Part shown: piece by piece, positions 12,651-27,500 of the stretch
Position numbering within the stretch: position 1 is the first letter of the stretch
Layout of the letters: the number at the start of each line of letters is the position of its first letter
Origin: Pelomyxa schiedti
Lineage: Eukaryota > Protista > Evosea
Direction: 5' to 3'
NCBI GenBank assembly: GCA_020536535.1
Contig: JAHLWZ010000809.1
Coordinates: 62,001-126,000 of the forward strand
Length of the DNA stretch: 64,000 nt
The notes under the pieces: model-generated
The model's input: only the letters and a program-made list of their open reading frames with translations
Told to the model about the DNA's origin: nothing
Databases searched by the model: none
Position numbers and translations under genes: made by a program

Positions 12651-15600
12651 TTAGGAGCCTCTGGGTTCAATTTTGAGTGAGGCTTGGTAGACGTCTGGTT
12701 GTGGCATTTGTGCTTCGGCGGAATTGATCAGATTCTACAAGTGGTTAGGTAGAAGCTATGTATATTGGGTGCAGTTACTTGAATGACTGGAACAGGGGTG
12801 AGATTGAATGGGACTTGTTGCCATCTTTTGAGCTGTTCAAGGATTCTGCCAATGATTTTCATTTTGGCCCAATTGATGAGTTGCGGGTTGTCTGGAATTC
12901 GATCGGGATTCCCATCTTCAGCAAAGGTGAGGTCCTGTTGTTGATTACTTGGGTTCTATGTAGAAACGAATAAATGGGATAGTAGAAACGAACCGATAGA
13001 ATCATTCCCATGAAAGGTACAAGTGGTGGAGTGGCTGCCGACAGCAATTCTCTGAGAATTTTAAAATTGAACTCAAGGACAGCATCAAACGATCTGAGCT
13101 TTGTTTCAAGCTCTTCCTTTTATTGATTGTTGGAGTTAGAAGAGTGCTGGGAGTGTAAATGACCACACCGTCCACGTTTTCCTTAGACGACTGCAGGGGG
13201 AGTCAAAGTAAGAAATTTATTTTACTGGGGAAGAATTTTACCGCACAGCGGAACTGTTCATTGCTGCAACGATTTGGCAAAAAGAACCAAAGTTATTTAA
13301 CTCTTTACAGTACTGCCAGTCTTCAGAAAAGAAAAGAAGGGTGGGGAATGAACCTCAGCGACTTTAAGGAATTTTTTTAGTATTTTCTGTCTATCTTTAA
13401 CCTTCTCTGATGCAACAATCAACCATGAAAGCCAGTTTGAAAACTTTGTCATCTCTTAGCCACGATTAGGGTGCGGGAAGAAGTGGACCTGATTAAAAAA
13501 CTGGGTACTTCTGACCACATTGGGTGAAGTTTTACTAGCATCAGGCTTGCACCACCCTAGTCCAAGTAATCTATTGTAGTTATTGTCGCGCCACCTAATT
13601 GCAAGCATACTCTTCTGGTTTCAGATTTCGAAAATCTAAACTGTCTTTAGTTGAAGAAGGGGAGCTTCAGGAGTAATTATACTTGAGTATTCTAGGAGAG
13701 TTAATTGGCGTGCCAATTCAAGAGACCGCACTCCCATAAGGCTTGTTAACGCCTCACCTTGTTTGTGCAGGGGTTTTGGGGGTGTGGGTTGTGTCTGAGG
13801 AATTTCGTAGGAAAAAAGCTTCAGAAGGGAGTTAGAAATGTACAAAAAAAAAGGTGGGAGATACAGTAGTTGCCAGAGCACCTTTCAAACATTTCGCTGA
13901 TTGAAGAACGTGGTCTGATTTGGTAGTGTACATGTGGGTTATGAAGTCATTGAGGCAGTCCAGGAGCTTTTTTTTTTGAGGGAAAAAGGGTGTCATTATA
14001 TTGTTTGGTAAAAGGAAACCAACTAATGGATCAACATGGAAGGCATCGAAATGAAAGTCAACCCATTCTCGGACAATTCTAATCACTCTTCACAACAAAG
14101 TGAGACAAGAAAAAAAGGATTGAGGTGGTAGAACTCTATTTGTATGGCCTCGAAGACGGGAGCAGGAATATTGTTGGATGCATCAAATCTTTTATGGAGT
14201 AGTTTGAGAAGTTCCATTGGGGTGGTGAATCCATTCATTGTTAGGAGCAATGAACGTATATCTATCAAATCTGGGAAGGAAGATGAAATAGGGAGGCCAC
14301 TAGGTGAGAACCAACCGGAGTGAATTGCTGTCACTTTTTCTATCAATTTTACTATTGTGCAACCCCAGAGGATTGTTGACTTGGATGCATCTAAAGCATA
14401 TCTCACATTATCCTCCCTATCAGGTTCACCAAAGAAGAAGTCGATAGTTTCACCAGTGCGCGCGGAAAGTGCTTTCTGGTCCATGGGCTCCCCTAATGTG
14501 ATGGTTCTCCTACGGAAAAGGTGTTCCGCAGCACTGGATGTCCCTTCTGAGAACGATTGAGTGTGGCCATGTGGGACCACTTTGCCTGTGGATCTCTGAG
14601 AAGGAAGGAGAAGCGTATGTGGTGCTGTAGTCCCTTCAGATACGAGCTGCTTTGGAGGGGCAGCTGTGGGAGGTGGTGGTGAAGGTGATGCTGTTGTGTG
14701 AGAAATCAATTGGGGCATTGACACACCTCGTTGTGGAGCGGGTGGGGGCGGTGCAGTTGGAAGGGGTAATGGGGGAAGATTTGCAGGTAAGCTGCAAGGA
14801 GATGGAGCCAATATTATTGGAGTAATCGATGAAGAAAGTGGAGAGACAGTTGCGGGCATAGGTGGCGTTGCAGGATTATTTAGTGTTGGTGTAGTCTTCA
14901 CAAATTGTGGCGGGAGGGGAGGAGCAGAGGAACTTGGTAGAGGTGGTGCGGTGGGAGGAAGCGGAATGTTATGCGGAGTAGGCCCCTGTACCTGCTGAGT
15001 AGGCGGGGGTGGGGCCTGTTGAGTGGGCGGGGGTGGAGCTTGTGAGAGTGGTAGTGGTGGTGGGTGAGGTATAAGCAGGGTCTGTGAGACGGGTGGAGGT
15101 GGCGGAGCTTGCGTACTTGGGGCTGGCAGCGCATGAGGGGGAAGCTTCAATAAAGGATTCGGACATGACCCAGTTGATTTTCCCAAAGGAGGGCCCAGTG
15201 GAGGTGAGGGTGTAAGTATTTTTGCAGTGGAGATGGTTGCTGCAGTCGAGGAAATAGTGGACCGATTGGATGCTGGAGATGTGCTTGTGGCATTACTGGA
15301 ATCTGGTACGTGACTCCCTCCCAGTGGTGAAGTACTAGAACCATCTACGATTGTTGTGTAGTTAATATTGAGTTAGTTGGAACTATTTTGTGTTGGTGCG
15401 ATGAAAAGTTTTTCCTCTAACTGCTCTCTGCACACCACGTGGAACGCTCCGTGGGCAATCGTGTGTGAGTGCTTGTTCTTTGCATTTTTTGTGTGTTGTG
15501 TATAAGCAATGTGTACAACGCATGCCTTGGTTTACAATTCCCCATAAAAGTCCTCTGTTAGGTTGACAAAGGTGTTAGTTGTCGAATTAAAGGCACTACA

Positions 15601-16662
15601 CAAACCCGCATATTTTACAATAAGTGGGGGAATGGAAGGTGGCTGTCTCAAATTCATGTGTATGCTGACATAGAGTCTTTTGATTTTTTTATTGTAAGAA
15701 ATTATCCAAGAATGATAAGGTACAAACGGCAGGGGCAGCCTTTGACTGTGGTGGAATTGCTGTTCCACCTGTAATGCATCAAGGAAGAACTTTCAATGTA
15801 GAAGGAAGTACATGGGTGGCACATTGCTAATGGTTTACATTTCTTGTGTGTGATAAGCTGGCATCCTTTTTAATGTGAATACCTGACTGTAAAAAAAGTT
15901 TTATACCATTGCATTTCAGTCCTTGGTTTGAAACCCCCCAAATCATGTTCCTTTTAGTGTTAAGGGGTATCAAGAAAAGAAAAAAAATTGTTCACATACT
16001 CACACATTTGGCAGAAAGTGGGGGAGTAAAAAGTTGTGATAGCAAAGTCATGCTGTTGTGCTTTGGGCACACTTGTTACGCACTCTACTTCCTGGAATCG
16101 TTTGGAAAAGGGTCGATTTACAGTGAAGCAGAAAATTTACAATATCGGCATCAGCATCGAGTGCATGTGAAGCCGTAGTTGGAGTGGAGACCCCACCTAG
16201 TTCAGAGGGTGTGGTTCTAGTGAATGATGAAGCTAAAGTGTGTTACAAAACCAATAATATGCCCTAACAACATACTTGAGGATTTGTGTGCACAGACAAT
16301 TTCGTTAGCCTTTTCTTGACATATTTTGTGAAGTGTAATATTGCACACTAGTTCCTATAAATTTGAAAGGAAGCAAACTCCATGGAATACCTGAGCACCG
16401 AAAACCCACTTCACAAACAGTACTTTTGCAAACACTGTCCAAGAAAAGAAATGAAAAAGAACAAAAATGAAAAAAGAACGGTCAGAAAGAACTAAGAGCT
16501 TGGGGAAAAAGGAACGAGGTGAGGAAAAAAGTCAGAAAATGCAGACGAAACGAGAAAAGTGACAAGGAAACACAAAGCACGTTAAATGACACACTCGCAG
16601 GCGGCGTATTGGCCCGGCAACGGTCTAACTTCGAACAGTCGATGAGCCCCACCGTGGGACAT
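12651..16662 (-). CDS. RasGEF (REM + CDC25) with three N-terminal C1 domains and a proline-rich linker
   Basis: C1 motifs HRLF...CDVC...GFRC..C...HKIC, HDFAITTFYSPTFC...IWGVSNQGLKC, HEFETATFHSPTYCKIC...LWGIVNQGMRC; REM FTTPMELL...IRIVREWV; CDC25 ELARQLTLLE, PPLVPFMG; ends SLKIEPRGS*. Confidence 0.9.
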
Positions 16663-16939
16663 TTTTTTCGTTTTTGTTTTCGTTTTTGGCGAAAAGAATT
16701 CTCGGGACAAAGCCAGATGGGCAGTGGAGGAAACAGATGTCGAAAGGAATCTATCGAGAAATGAGGAGAGTCCAGACTACTTTCTCCCGTCCGACCCAGG
16801 CCCGCCTCCTGGGCTCTTTCTCCGAACTACCAAACAATTACAATTCAGGTAGCGTCAAGTTAATTGCAAATAATTTACAGAACGCGGTGTACAAACGTAC
16901 CCTCTGCCCAGTGACACACCACCAATTCGTCATCCCATA

Positions 16940-18279
16940 ATGCAGTCAGCGGCAACCGAATCCACCGAATCAAGTGCAGCAACTGAAGCAGTGGCGACTG
17001 CGAGGACGGCCGTTGGCCCAACTCCCCTCGTTGGTGTTCTTGTTTCTCGTCCTCAGAGTGCCTGGAAAACATGGAAAATGCCAGGCAGGGAACTAACGTT
17101 TTCTGGATACACCAGGGCTGCAACTGCAAGTTCTTTTTGGGTTTGTTATCCACTTCTAATCTAAGTTCTAAGACCTCACGTGGCTATAGGTCAAAGAATG
17201 TGAGCACCATTTTTTTTCCCCCTCAACGTCATTAATTTCCTGTACTGTATAGTAAAGCTTTTCCTGGACTGTGGAGCTTTAGAAGGAAATATGAATCCTA
17301 GACACGTCTTTATCACGCACACCCACTTAGACCACGTCAAGGTTCAGATTTACAGTAAACCTAATTTCCAGTTTTTGTTTAACGAATATTCTAATGACCA
17401 CCAGGAAGCTCACATGCTTTTAACGCACCTGTTCCCAATTAACGTATGGCATTGATTCCACATAAGGGGTGGGAGAATGAAGATAAACTTCTTAACACTA
17501 CCAGTACTATCTCCCTACACAAGCAACACCGTTCTTCGAGGCGTACCTCAAAACTGCTCACGAACTCAACACAGTAGCTACTGCCCCATCAACTTGCCCA
17601 CTTGTTATACACGGGGTAGTTCCAGGCAGCACATTTGACTTGCCTGGTGGTTATAAAGTCAAGGTAGGTTCTTAACTTATAAAAAGCGGTACTTATAAAA
17701 AATTCAGGTTATTGCCACTGATCACGCTATACCATCAGTAGGCTATTGTTTCTACCTTGTGAAAACAAAACTGAAAGCAGAGTACACTGGCCAAGACATT
17801 GCCGCACTCCGTAGAAACGGTACTTGTACGCCCAAACACATTTTCTCACGCCACTTCAGGTGTCGAAGTTTTACAAGAAATTGTAGAACCTCTGTTTGTT
17901 TACCTTGGAGATACTACACACCAAGTGTTCGAGTCACACCCTGAGATTCTCGATTTTCCGTTTGTTTTTACAGGTACATGCTTGCTCCTCTCCCTTTGTT
18001 GTCAAGCTCACCGCAATTAGAGTGCACCTACTTGCATGCTGATGAGGATTTGGTAACCAATCACAAACATAATTGGCAATAACTAACCGACACAAAAAAA
18101 AGCTTGCAAATGCATCCAACTATGGTCATGCCCACTTTGATGGGTTGAAGCCCTACATAGAGAGTGCAAAAGGGTGCACATTCATACTGACCCATTTTAG
18201 TATGAGATACTCTGAAGAGGAGGTCCGCGAATTCTTTGTGCAAAAAAGGCTCCCTAATGTTATTCCCTGGGTTTCATAA
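16940..18279 (+). CDS. Short RNase Z-like metallo-beta-lactamase (TM-type tRNase Z-like)
   Basis: LFLDCG, FITHTHLDH (HxHxDH), YLGDT, ECT, GHAHF, ILTHFSMRY. Confidence 0.8.
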
Positions 18280-18560
18280 AACTGAGCTCAGCTTAGCACT
18301 TTTTAGTTTTTAGCTAAATAGAAACGGTTCTAAACCGCTCATCTGCAACTGCAACGAAAACCCTTATTCAATGGATTGAACGCTTTCGCCCTGAAAAAAA
18401 CTAACACCCCTCCATAAAAAGGAACGGAAAAAAAACGCCAAAAAAGAAAAAAACTTTCTCGCACAACAAGCAACAAACGACCATCAAACACCCACACACA
18501 TTTTTATAAAAAAAAAAACAATCAACACCCAGAGGTGTCTGTTGTTGGTGAGATCCACGA

Positions 18561-21500
18561 ATGTCGGCCGAGGACATTGCAGTTTTGAGGGTTACGATAC
18601 CCACAAAGAGCCTCACACGCAAAATGAGACTCAACAGGGCTCTGTCTGTTGCTGACATTATTGCTGACCTCACCGAGAGGGTGACCTGCCTACTCCCATG
18701 AAACATCAACTCGATACTATAGACACACGCATCGCTTTTTCGTTTTTTTTTTTTTTTTATTTAACCTGAGCAATAAAAAGACGGGCGAGGGCAGTCCGGA
18801 TCATGGGCTGTTCCAGCCAGCACGTGAGGGCAAGTTTGCCTCACCCCCAAGGTGGCTGGCTCCTGAGAAAACTCTCAACAATTATGAGATACAAGAGGTG
18901 CATCCCCCCCCTTTTTTTTTTTTTTTGAATTTGCTGATGTTAAAAAGGATGACGAGATAGTGTACAGAGCAAAGAAAAGGCGGCAACAGATTAAAACTTT
19001 GGATGGCACTACGAGGACCATTATGGTTGATGACACTCAACCTGTGCTAGTATGCAATAAGACGCTCTCCATTTCATTCATTTTTCTTTGTAAAGGCTGT
19101 TATCACTCAAATGCTTGAGAGGATCAATATTACATTTAGTGAGGAGTACGGAATGCAAGCAGAGGGAAATGGTTAATGCCTTTTCCTTCACTTAGAAACA
19201 TGCTACTAATTGCCCACAAAGAAACTTGGCTGGAACCCTCAAAAACTCTCCTGGAACAAAATGTTGATGATCAAGCAATGCTTGTGCTGAAAAAGAAGCT
19301 GTTCATGTTTGACAAAGAAGTCGTTAAAGACGAGGAAATGCAAGTCCATGTTATCTACATCCAGGTACTAAATGCTCTCATTCTAATAAAATATCTTATT
19401 TGTTAGTCGAGAGAACAAATTATGGATGGAAAATATCCAACCTCTGAGGAAGAAGCCCTTGACCTTGCCGTTCTTGATGCACAAATACAATTTGGAAGTT
19501 ACGATCTTCAAAAAGAGCGTGAGGCTGGTCCCACAGCCCCAAAACCGGTCAAAGCCGAGTTTGCAGCTTATGTAACCAAAATAAAGAAGTAGCTGCCCCT
19601 TCACGGTGTAGTTGTCGAGTTTAACCTTCACTACAGAGATATTCGGGCAAAATGCCTGCCCCCAATCTTGGCCCTGCATCCCAAGGACAAGAACATTGAA
19701 CATATTTTTGCTGAGTACAAAAAACTTTCTGGTGCCATTGATTTAAGGGGAGCAAAGTACAGATACGTTCAGAAAGCGCAGTCACTAAAAACGTTTGGAA
19801 TTACAACATTTGCTGTAAAAGTGTGTCTATCCCCTTTCGATAGAAATTTACAGTTGGTATCAGTTGAAAGTTGGGAGGGCCCTTAAAGAAGAACTATTTG
19901 GAGTCACACGTGACGCTATTTTGAGAATGGACCCGATAACAATGGTACCATTGGAGGAAGGTACAGGAATGCATTTTAACACTTTGTAGGATGTAATAAA
20001 AAGATACCCTTTGATTCATATCAAACGTTGGGGTGGTGGTGTCGACTCATTTACCCTTGATTTTGGTGGTCATGATGATGACTACCTCAACATGGTTACG
20101 AAGCAAGGTGCTGAAATCAACAAGCTCATTTCTGGTTACGTTGACCTCATTGTCAAAATGAGAAATGGTTTTCTTGGTTTATGCGTCAATTTGCCTTAAC
20201 ATTTCTGAAAGAGGCAAACAAGCCCCCTGCTGACCCCGATGTCAAAGTTGCAGTGCCGGATGCTGTGGATTCCCCTGAGGGCACCGCGACATCGTTCCGC
20301 GCTGTTAAGGGGCAAGTTGCTCCAGGGCTTGCAACACCCACTCCTGCACCTCCACCAGCTAATCCCCAGTACAAGCTTTAGTTAAAATTCCAAAGTTTTA
20401 TCTGACACATGACCTCCAGGCGTACGATACAGCGTATGCCAAAAGTTCCTGCTGCCCAAATTATTATTGATGATGTCCCAACTGCCAAGCACGCGATGCT
20501 AATGTTAGGTGAAGAGCTTGGTGCCGCTAAACCTACTGCCATTGTGAGAGAAATGTGTGTGCCACCACAAGATATTGAATTGACACTTTTACAGTGCTGG
20601 GAGTGCCGGCCAATTGAGGGAGCAGATGGTCCAATCATACAATGCCGTGAGGCTTGCTGCTATGGATGTTTTCAAGGTACAATACCTTACAGTCACCACC
20701 CTAACACGACTTGCAGAACATGGAGGACGGAAAACAAACAATGTCGAAAGCTACCTTGATTGAAAATGCAAAGATGGCAATGGCCCAAGCCCTGGAATTG
20801 GGTAACAAAGCAAAATTCGCCAGCTCCGAAGAAATTGGAGTTTCTATGCTGGAGGCCACTCGTTGCTTGGTTGGCTCACTGGCTGGGTTCTCTTCATCAT
20901 TTCCCCATTAATCCTCATATTCTTTAGAATATATGGAATTTGTGAAGAAACTTCTGAAGGCGTTGTTCTAACTCCAGAGCAGCAAATTGCCCTCAAAGAG
21001 GCTCAACAGCGGTTCACTGCTGCCTCGGCTCTTATGGAGGCTGTTTTAACGTAAGAGAGGGTATTACGAGTTTTTCTTATCCCTTGTAGTGGCAAGGGTA
21101 TTGTTGATATCAACTCCAGTGCTATGATGATCGAGTGCTCCAAGGTGACCTTCGCTTTCGTGTACTTGCAACTTATCCCATACCCTTGCAGAACCTTGCG
21201 AGTACGGCACAAGACATGTTTGCAGGTTTAACTGCCCACAGCATTAGTGTGGCAGATCCAGCAAAGAAGAAAGCCTTCCTTGAAGCTGCACAAAAGGTTA
21301 CTTTCCCCTCCTGAGAGTGGTGTTGAGTGCAAAAACCTAGGCAGTTGATTTAGTGTTTGTTGCGAATAGCATTGCTGCTACAATGGCTCCGGCCTCCCTC
21401 ATTCCTGCTTGCAAGGCTGAGGTATTCGATTTGTTACCTTTTTCTTTTTTTTGCTTTTTAAATGTGTGGAGTACATTTAATCTGTTTGCAGATTGTAAAC

Positions 21501-24500
21501 GCAGTACAAGCAGTTAAGGATCAACTTGCTACTGTCCTTACACTTGCAAATGAATTAGGAATTGAACCAAGCGAGATCAAAGCAATACACGCTAAAGTAC
21601 AGGTAAAAAGTACAAGATTTTCCTGCCACTTGTGAAAATTATCTAGATGGTCAGTGATGGTATTGCTGCGATGTTGCAGTCTCTTGAAGTAGGCGAGCCT
21701 TTGAAGGGAGTACGTTCTGAACAAGTTGGAGAGTTTGTTGATTCCATCAAAGACTTTTCAGGAGCTTTTACAGAATTAAGGCAAAACTCCACTCTTCAAA
21801 TTATGTTCACTAAGAAAACATTTCCAGAGAGTCAGTGGGGAATCGTGCTCGACTTGTTAATGCCACTAAACAAGTAGCAAGTGTTGTTTGCCAAGTTGTT
21901 GCTAAAGGAAAGGCACTGTCGATTGATGCTGACCCTGCAACCCGCATGAAACTACTGGATTCTGCTAAAGAAATCTCCGATCTAATAAACAGTTTGCCCC
22001 CTTACCACCCCTGTTTGTTTTCTTACTTTGTTAGAACTCTTTCAGGGGGCTAAAGCCAGTGCTGAGGATGTTGATGACAAAAAGAAACAAGAAGCTTTGT
22101 TGTCCGTTGCTGAAATACTGCAGGAAGCAACTCAGGAGATGATTTTCATTTCCGGAAAGAACGCTGCAGCAGCTAGTTTACGTAGAGAAGCTAAGGTATC
22201 TCGTTGCCGTTATAATTATTCATTCACGTGTCTAGGGTCTGGTTGCTTCTTGCGTAACCAATGTTGCTTCTTGCAAAGAGAACGCATCCCTCATTCCTGA
22301 AGCCTACTCTGATGATATGCTTGCCGCTGCCAATAATCTTGGAGACCTTAATAAAGCTCTTGCCTCTCTTGTCAGGGTGTGTGAAAAAACCTTACTCCCC
22401 ATGTCTTACTTGGTCTAGGTTGCATGCAAGGATCCTTCATCTTCCTCTGCCCAAGTGGAATTGCTTGACCAAGCAGAACTGACATGTGCTGCAGCACTTC
22501 GCATGATCGTTGCCTCAAATAACCTGGTGGAAAATCTCAAAATGCCGGAGGCTGCTAAACTTTTTTCTGAGCCCGCAACCAAGTAGGTTCCCACTTTGAA
22601 CAATTGACTTCTAAGTACAATAGAACCAAGACTGCAGTGGATCTTGTTGAGAAAGCTTGTCAGGCCTTCAGAGAAATAAATGGACAAACCTCCATTGCCG
22701 AAATCTGTGAAGAACTGAACGCGATGTTAGCTGAAGTTGAAATTACAGAAACTGCAATTGCAAGTACGGTGTCAATTGTGGTGTATGACTTAACATTTCT
22801 GTAGCGGGCTACCTAGAAAGAACTAATGATCGTGTTGCTCATGCTGAAGCTGTGACACTTTTGAATGAGTCCGCAAAAACACTCACCAATGCATCCCAAG
22901 AACTTGTGACTGCAGCAAAAAGCAATCCCCGGAAGGTTCTGTTTTCGCATTTTTTTAAAAAGATCCTCACTTTCCAAAAAGTTACCCCAAAAAACGTCCC
23001 TGCTATCGGATGCCAACAGCCAAGTTGTTACAGCGGCCAAGGCAGTCGTGCAGACACTGCCCACTAAAGCACAACAATTTTCTATACTTAATCTTACTAA
23101 AGAGCTCACACACGCCGTGCAAGGTTGCTTATATCTTCTTTCTCAAGAGTTAATGCTTGTAGAATTGATTGACACGGGAAAATTACTTAAAATGAAGCCC
23201 AATGACGAGCCAACAAGGGTGGCGTTGGAATTGAATCAACAGAAAGTCCTCACAGCCATTGCCAACCTACTCTCTTCTGATGTATGAGACTTTTCTCGTC
23301 CGTGGAGATTATAATGATGGTAGGTTGACTCTAAAGAAATCGACAGTGCCGTGGAGAGTCTGAAACAACAAATTGAACTTCTTACTCCTGTTAAGAATGA
23401 GAAAATTGCACTTCGTAAAGCCACAGAGCATGTTGCCACTTGCAGCAAAGCGTTAAGTGCAGGTTTGTCACAGCTTGCAGTATGTGTTCAGACGAATCCA
23501 ACGGGAGTTGCGTCTTCTGCTAAGGCTGTTTCTTCTTCAGTACCAGCGCTTATCTCAGCTGCAAACCTTGCTGGTACATTTTTTGTACCTTCTACAAAAC
23601 ACTAAAATTGAAAAGCTGGTGCGTCTCCCAATGAAGCCACCTCTGCTCAAGTTTTGGAAGCCACTAAAGCTTTAGTCGAGCAAGCAAGCTCTGTAATCCG
23701 ACTTTCCAAGGCTGCCGTTCTTGATAAAAATGGGTCAAGCGGCATGAACAAGTACTGATGTTTCATTTCTACTTTTGGCATACCATTGTTTAGGACTCTT
23801 TTGGATGCTGTCAAGAATGTTTCTGGGTCCATTGGCCGTTTATTGCGAACATTGGGTGCCGTGTCAAACAATGAATGTGAAGAAGCACTTGAGGTATTGT
23901 ACTGGGTGGGAGTAGCAATCTTACATCTTTATAGTCCATATCTGGCATTGTAAAAGATTTAGATAACGTCGAAGGAGTGCAACCTATCACCCCGGCTGTG
24001 GCCGTACGACAAATTGCAGAGATTTCTAAGATTCTACTGGAAGAATTTGATGGCATATTGTCTTGTGCTCAGACAGATCCAGGTTTCCTGTGTCACAAAA
24101 AGATTCTTTTTTTTTTTAACAAAACTTCTTTAGGGGCCCTTGGGAACCACGCACGTGCAACAGCTCAACAGGTTAGATTGCTGATTGATACGACCCGGGC
24201 AATGACAGCCAAAGAGGTTTCCTTGATTTTTCTTTTGTCAACAGAGCAAGAACATCATCTCACTCTGAACCGTCAGGTTCCGTATGTTCCTGAGAAATTC
24301 CTTGGCCCGGCAGAGCAGTTATCTGCAGCCGTCGCTAATATTGGGGCTACTGACCAATTGGGCAATATTGCTAAAGTGATTCAAACTTCAGTAACAAGCT
24401 TATTGACCGCGGCAGTGGATGAGGCTGGCAGACCGGAAACATCAAAAGAGCAATCTGGTAATCTACGGAAGAATGCCGCCGCCCTCAAAAACTTAGTTCC

Positions 24501-27500
24501 TCAATTTGCAGCTGCAGCCAAAGTATGTTTCTGCTTCCCGGAAGAATTAACCACTCAATTTCCACCAGTCCGTTGTTAGTGGGGATCCTGCAGGCAAAGC
24601 AGACCTCGCTACCGTACAGGGAAACTTCAAAGAGACAATTAAGAAGTTGCTCGAAGTAGTAACGGTTCATCCAACAGCCAAGTAAATTTCTACAGTAAGA
24701 ACTATGTCTCAAAATAAAAGGGACGCCTTACCCGAGGAGAAGAAAGAGAAAGTGATAGCAGCGGCACGTGAAGTGGGGACTAATGCTTCTCAACTCATTT
24801 ATGGGGCCATGGCTGTTTCTGCTAAACCACAAGATACTGATTTGAGGTCTACCATGGCTGACAACTGCGCAACGGCCGTCGAGTCCGTCAAGACATTTGT
24901 CAAAATAGGTTTGTCTGTTCCGCAGTTTGGTTGAGAAACAAACAACCAAAAAACCAGGAAGTGGAGTTGTGCCCGGAGCAGATCAGGTCGAAACTAGTGT
25001 GGATTCCCTTCAAGGGATAGATAGCGAATTGGCTGCTGCTTCAATGGCTGTTGCTGTAGGCTCTATTGGTGGCAGTTCCTCTGGCACAATTCCTCATGCG
25101 AAGCTCCAGGAAATGCTGGTGTCTCAGTCAAAGGTGGTAGGAATAAAATTGGCTGCTGTGGAATCAGCTTCTCGTGTAAGCACAGCTGCTGTTGGAAAAG
25201 CTGCGGAAGAGTGCTCCGCGGCAGTAAAGGAAATTGGTACAACAGCCATCCAAGCTGCTGCAACAACATCAGATACCGATCTTCAAGCTGATCTTGTAAA
25301 TAATGCAAAGTCTCTTTCTGATGCCTCGCTTAAACTTGTGCAATCAGCTTTCACTTGTGCATGCTCCGCCTCCCCCGACAGTATACAGGTTTCTATCCCT
25401 TCTGAGAGTACACGGTGAACATCTTATGTCATTACAGGAAGTTGGTGCTAACAGCCAAGCTGCCAGCCAGGCTCTGGGCCAACTTGTCTCCAAACTTGGT
25501 GCCAGTTCTACACTGCTGAATGATATGGATGAGGCTCTTGCTGTAATACACAAGTAACCTTAGTATAGCGGTTTTTGTTTTATTTTTTTAAATTTCTTCA
25601 AAAGGTCGTCTGCTCAACTTAGTACCCCACTTGCTCCTCCCCCTGCCACTGTTACCTATCAGCAATGCAAGGCTGAGATCACAAACGCATGCAAAGGTAT
25701 TACAGCTGGAGTTCGCTCACTGAGTACAGCAGAGAAGGTCAATTTGGTTCAGGTACTATCATTCACCATTAGTGGTTTTACCAATCAAGATTAGTTGGGA
25801 AACACAGCCAAAGGAGTTGCACAAGTCTGCACAACATTGCCTCAATCTCTTATGTATGCCAAAATCCTTGCACCTTCACCTGAAATTGGGAATGCCATTG
25901 TGGCTCAAGGAAACCAACTTCTAACTACTTCGCAAGCAGTGGTTCGTTGCGCTAAGGTCTTCCCCATAAAATTCTCCTCATTCTCCTTATACCTGTGCAG
26001 GAATTAGCCCAAGACCCCAAGAACAAAGCTCTTGCTGCAGCACTCGCTTCTTCCTTCCAAGCATGCACAAAGTCTGTAACTGAACTCCTCAACACCGCGA
26101 AGAAGGGGGCTGTTGGAGAACAAATGTGTAATGATGCTATGGAAGCCATCAAAAAAGTAGTTGCTGAAGCTGATGCTGCAATGATGTTCGCCTCCGCAGG
26201 ACAATTGGAGACCTCTTCCAACAAGAAACCAGCACAACTGCACCAGGAGCTATCTGCTACAGTTCAACAGATCAGTGACCAAATAGCCAGATTGCAAGAA
26301 GCAGCCAAAACTTCCTCAGAAATAGCCGTTGGAGAAGCGGTGAAAGGAATAGCAGAGAAAGTTGGAGCTCTTGCTCAACACTGTTCGGCTTCAGCGAGTG
26401 CTTTCAGGTATCTTTGTAAAAATTCCTTTTGTCTCTAAATCCCCATAGAAACAATGCCACACAGCAGGAACTACTAAGTGCAGGTAAGGCTTCTGCCCTT
26501 TCTACTCAGGCTCTTGTCTTCGCAAGTAAAAGTGCTCGTGGCAATAACCCAGCTGGTCTCAAATCTCTTGCAAAAGCCGCCGAGGGTGTCTCGGATTCTT
26601 TAGGTGAGGTGAACCTCCATCTTGTCGGATGACTTACACGTGAAGGTCAACTAATGAGAATGTCCCAACGTGCTATTGATGACCTTGCAAGAGGCACCAA
26701 GGATGTGCAGGCTGCTAAGATTAAAGTCAATGAAGTCATTACAAAATATCCAGCAAAGACAGAACCCGTCAAGGATGCCACAGCTAAACGTGTTGTGGAC
26801 ACAGCAAAGAGTATTGTTGGTATGCCAATGACAGCTGCATTATTTTTTCTTATTCCTGCTAGCCAATTCCGTCGGTTTAACTTCGGCTATTGTTTCCAAC
26901 AACCAAGAAGAAATGAGCAGAATTGCTCAAGTATTAATCGACCAAACTTCGAGTATGCTGGCCGACACAGCAGTAAGTAATTTCTTACAACAGACCCGTT
27001 TTCTTACGGTTTTCCATCACAGGGAATCAACTTGCAGTTGCCTCAAAAACCAGCGGTGCAAACTACAATGAACCATGCTGTAGTCGCCACCGCAAAACAC
27101 GTTGAGGAGCTGCTGGCTGCTGGAGCTGCCTTGGCCGTTGCTGATGATTCTGCAAAACCCACTCATAAAGCACAAGTTGTTATCTTTCTTTTTTCCTATG
27201 AGGTTCACACTGAAATATAGTTGGAAAAAGCTTCTGCGGCACTTGCGATGACTCTCAACAACATAGGTGACAACATCAAACACTATCCTGGTGGAGAGGA
27301 TCTCGCAGTTGAAGAAACCCACAAAGAAGCGGAAGAATTGGAAATCCTTGCTGAAAAGTAACTTATCTGATAGAGAAGGTGAAGTAACATATTCTGTGTT
27401 TAGGGAAATCAAGAAGTGCATCCAAGCCATTGACGCTGGTGCTACGAAGCTTCTTGCCTCCAAGCCGGCTGTTAAACCAAAAGCAGTAATGAAATACTTG

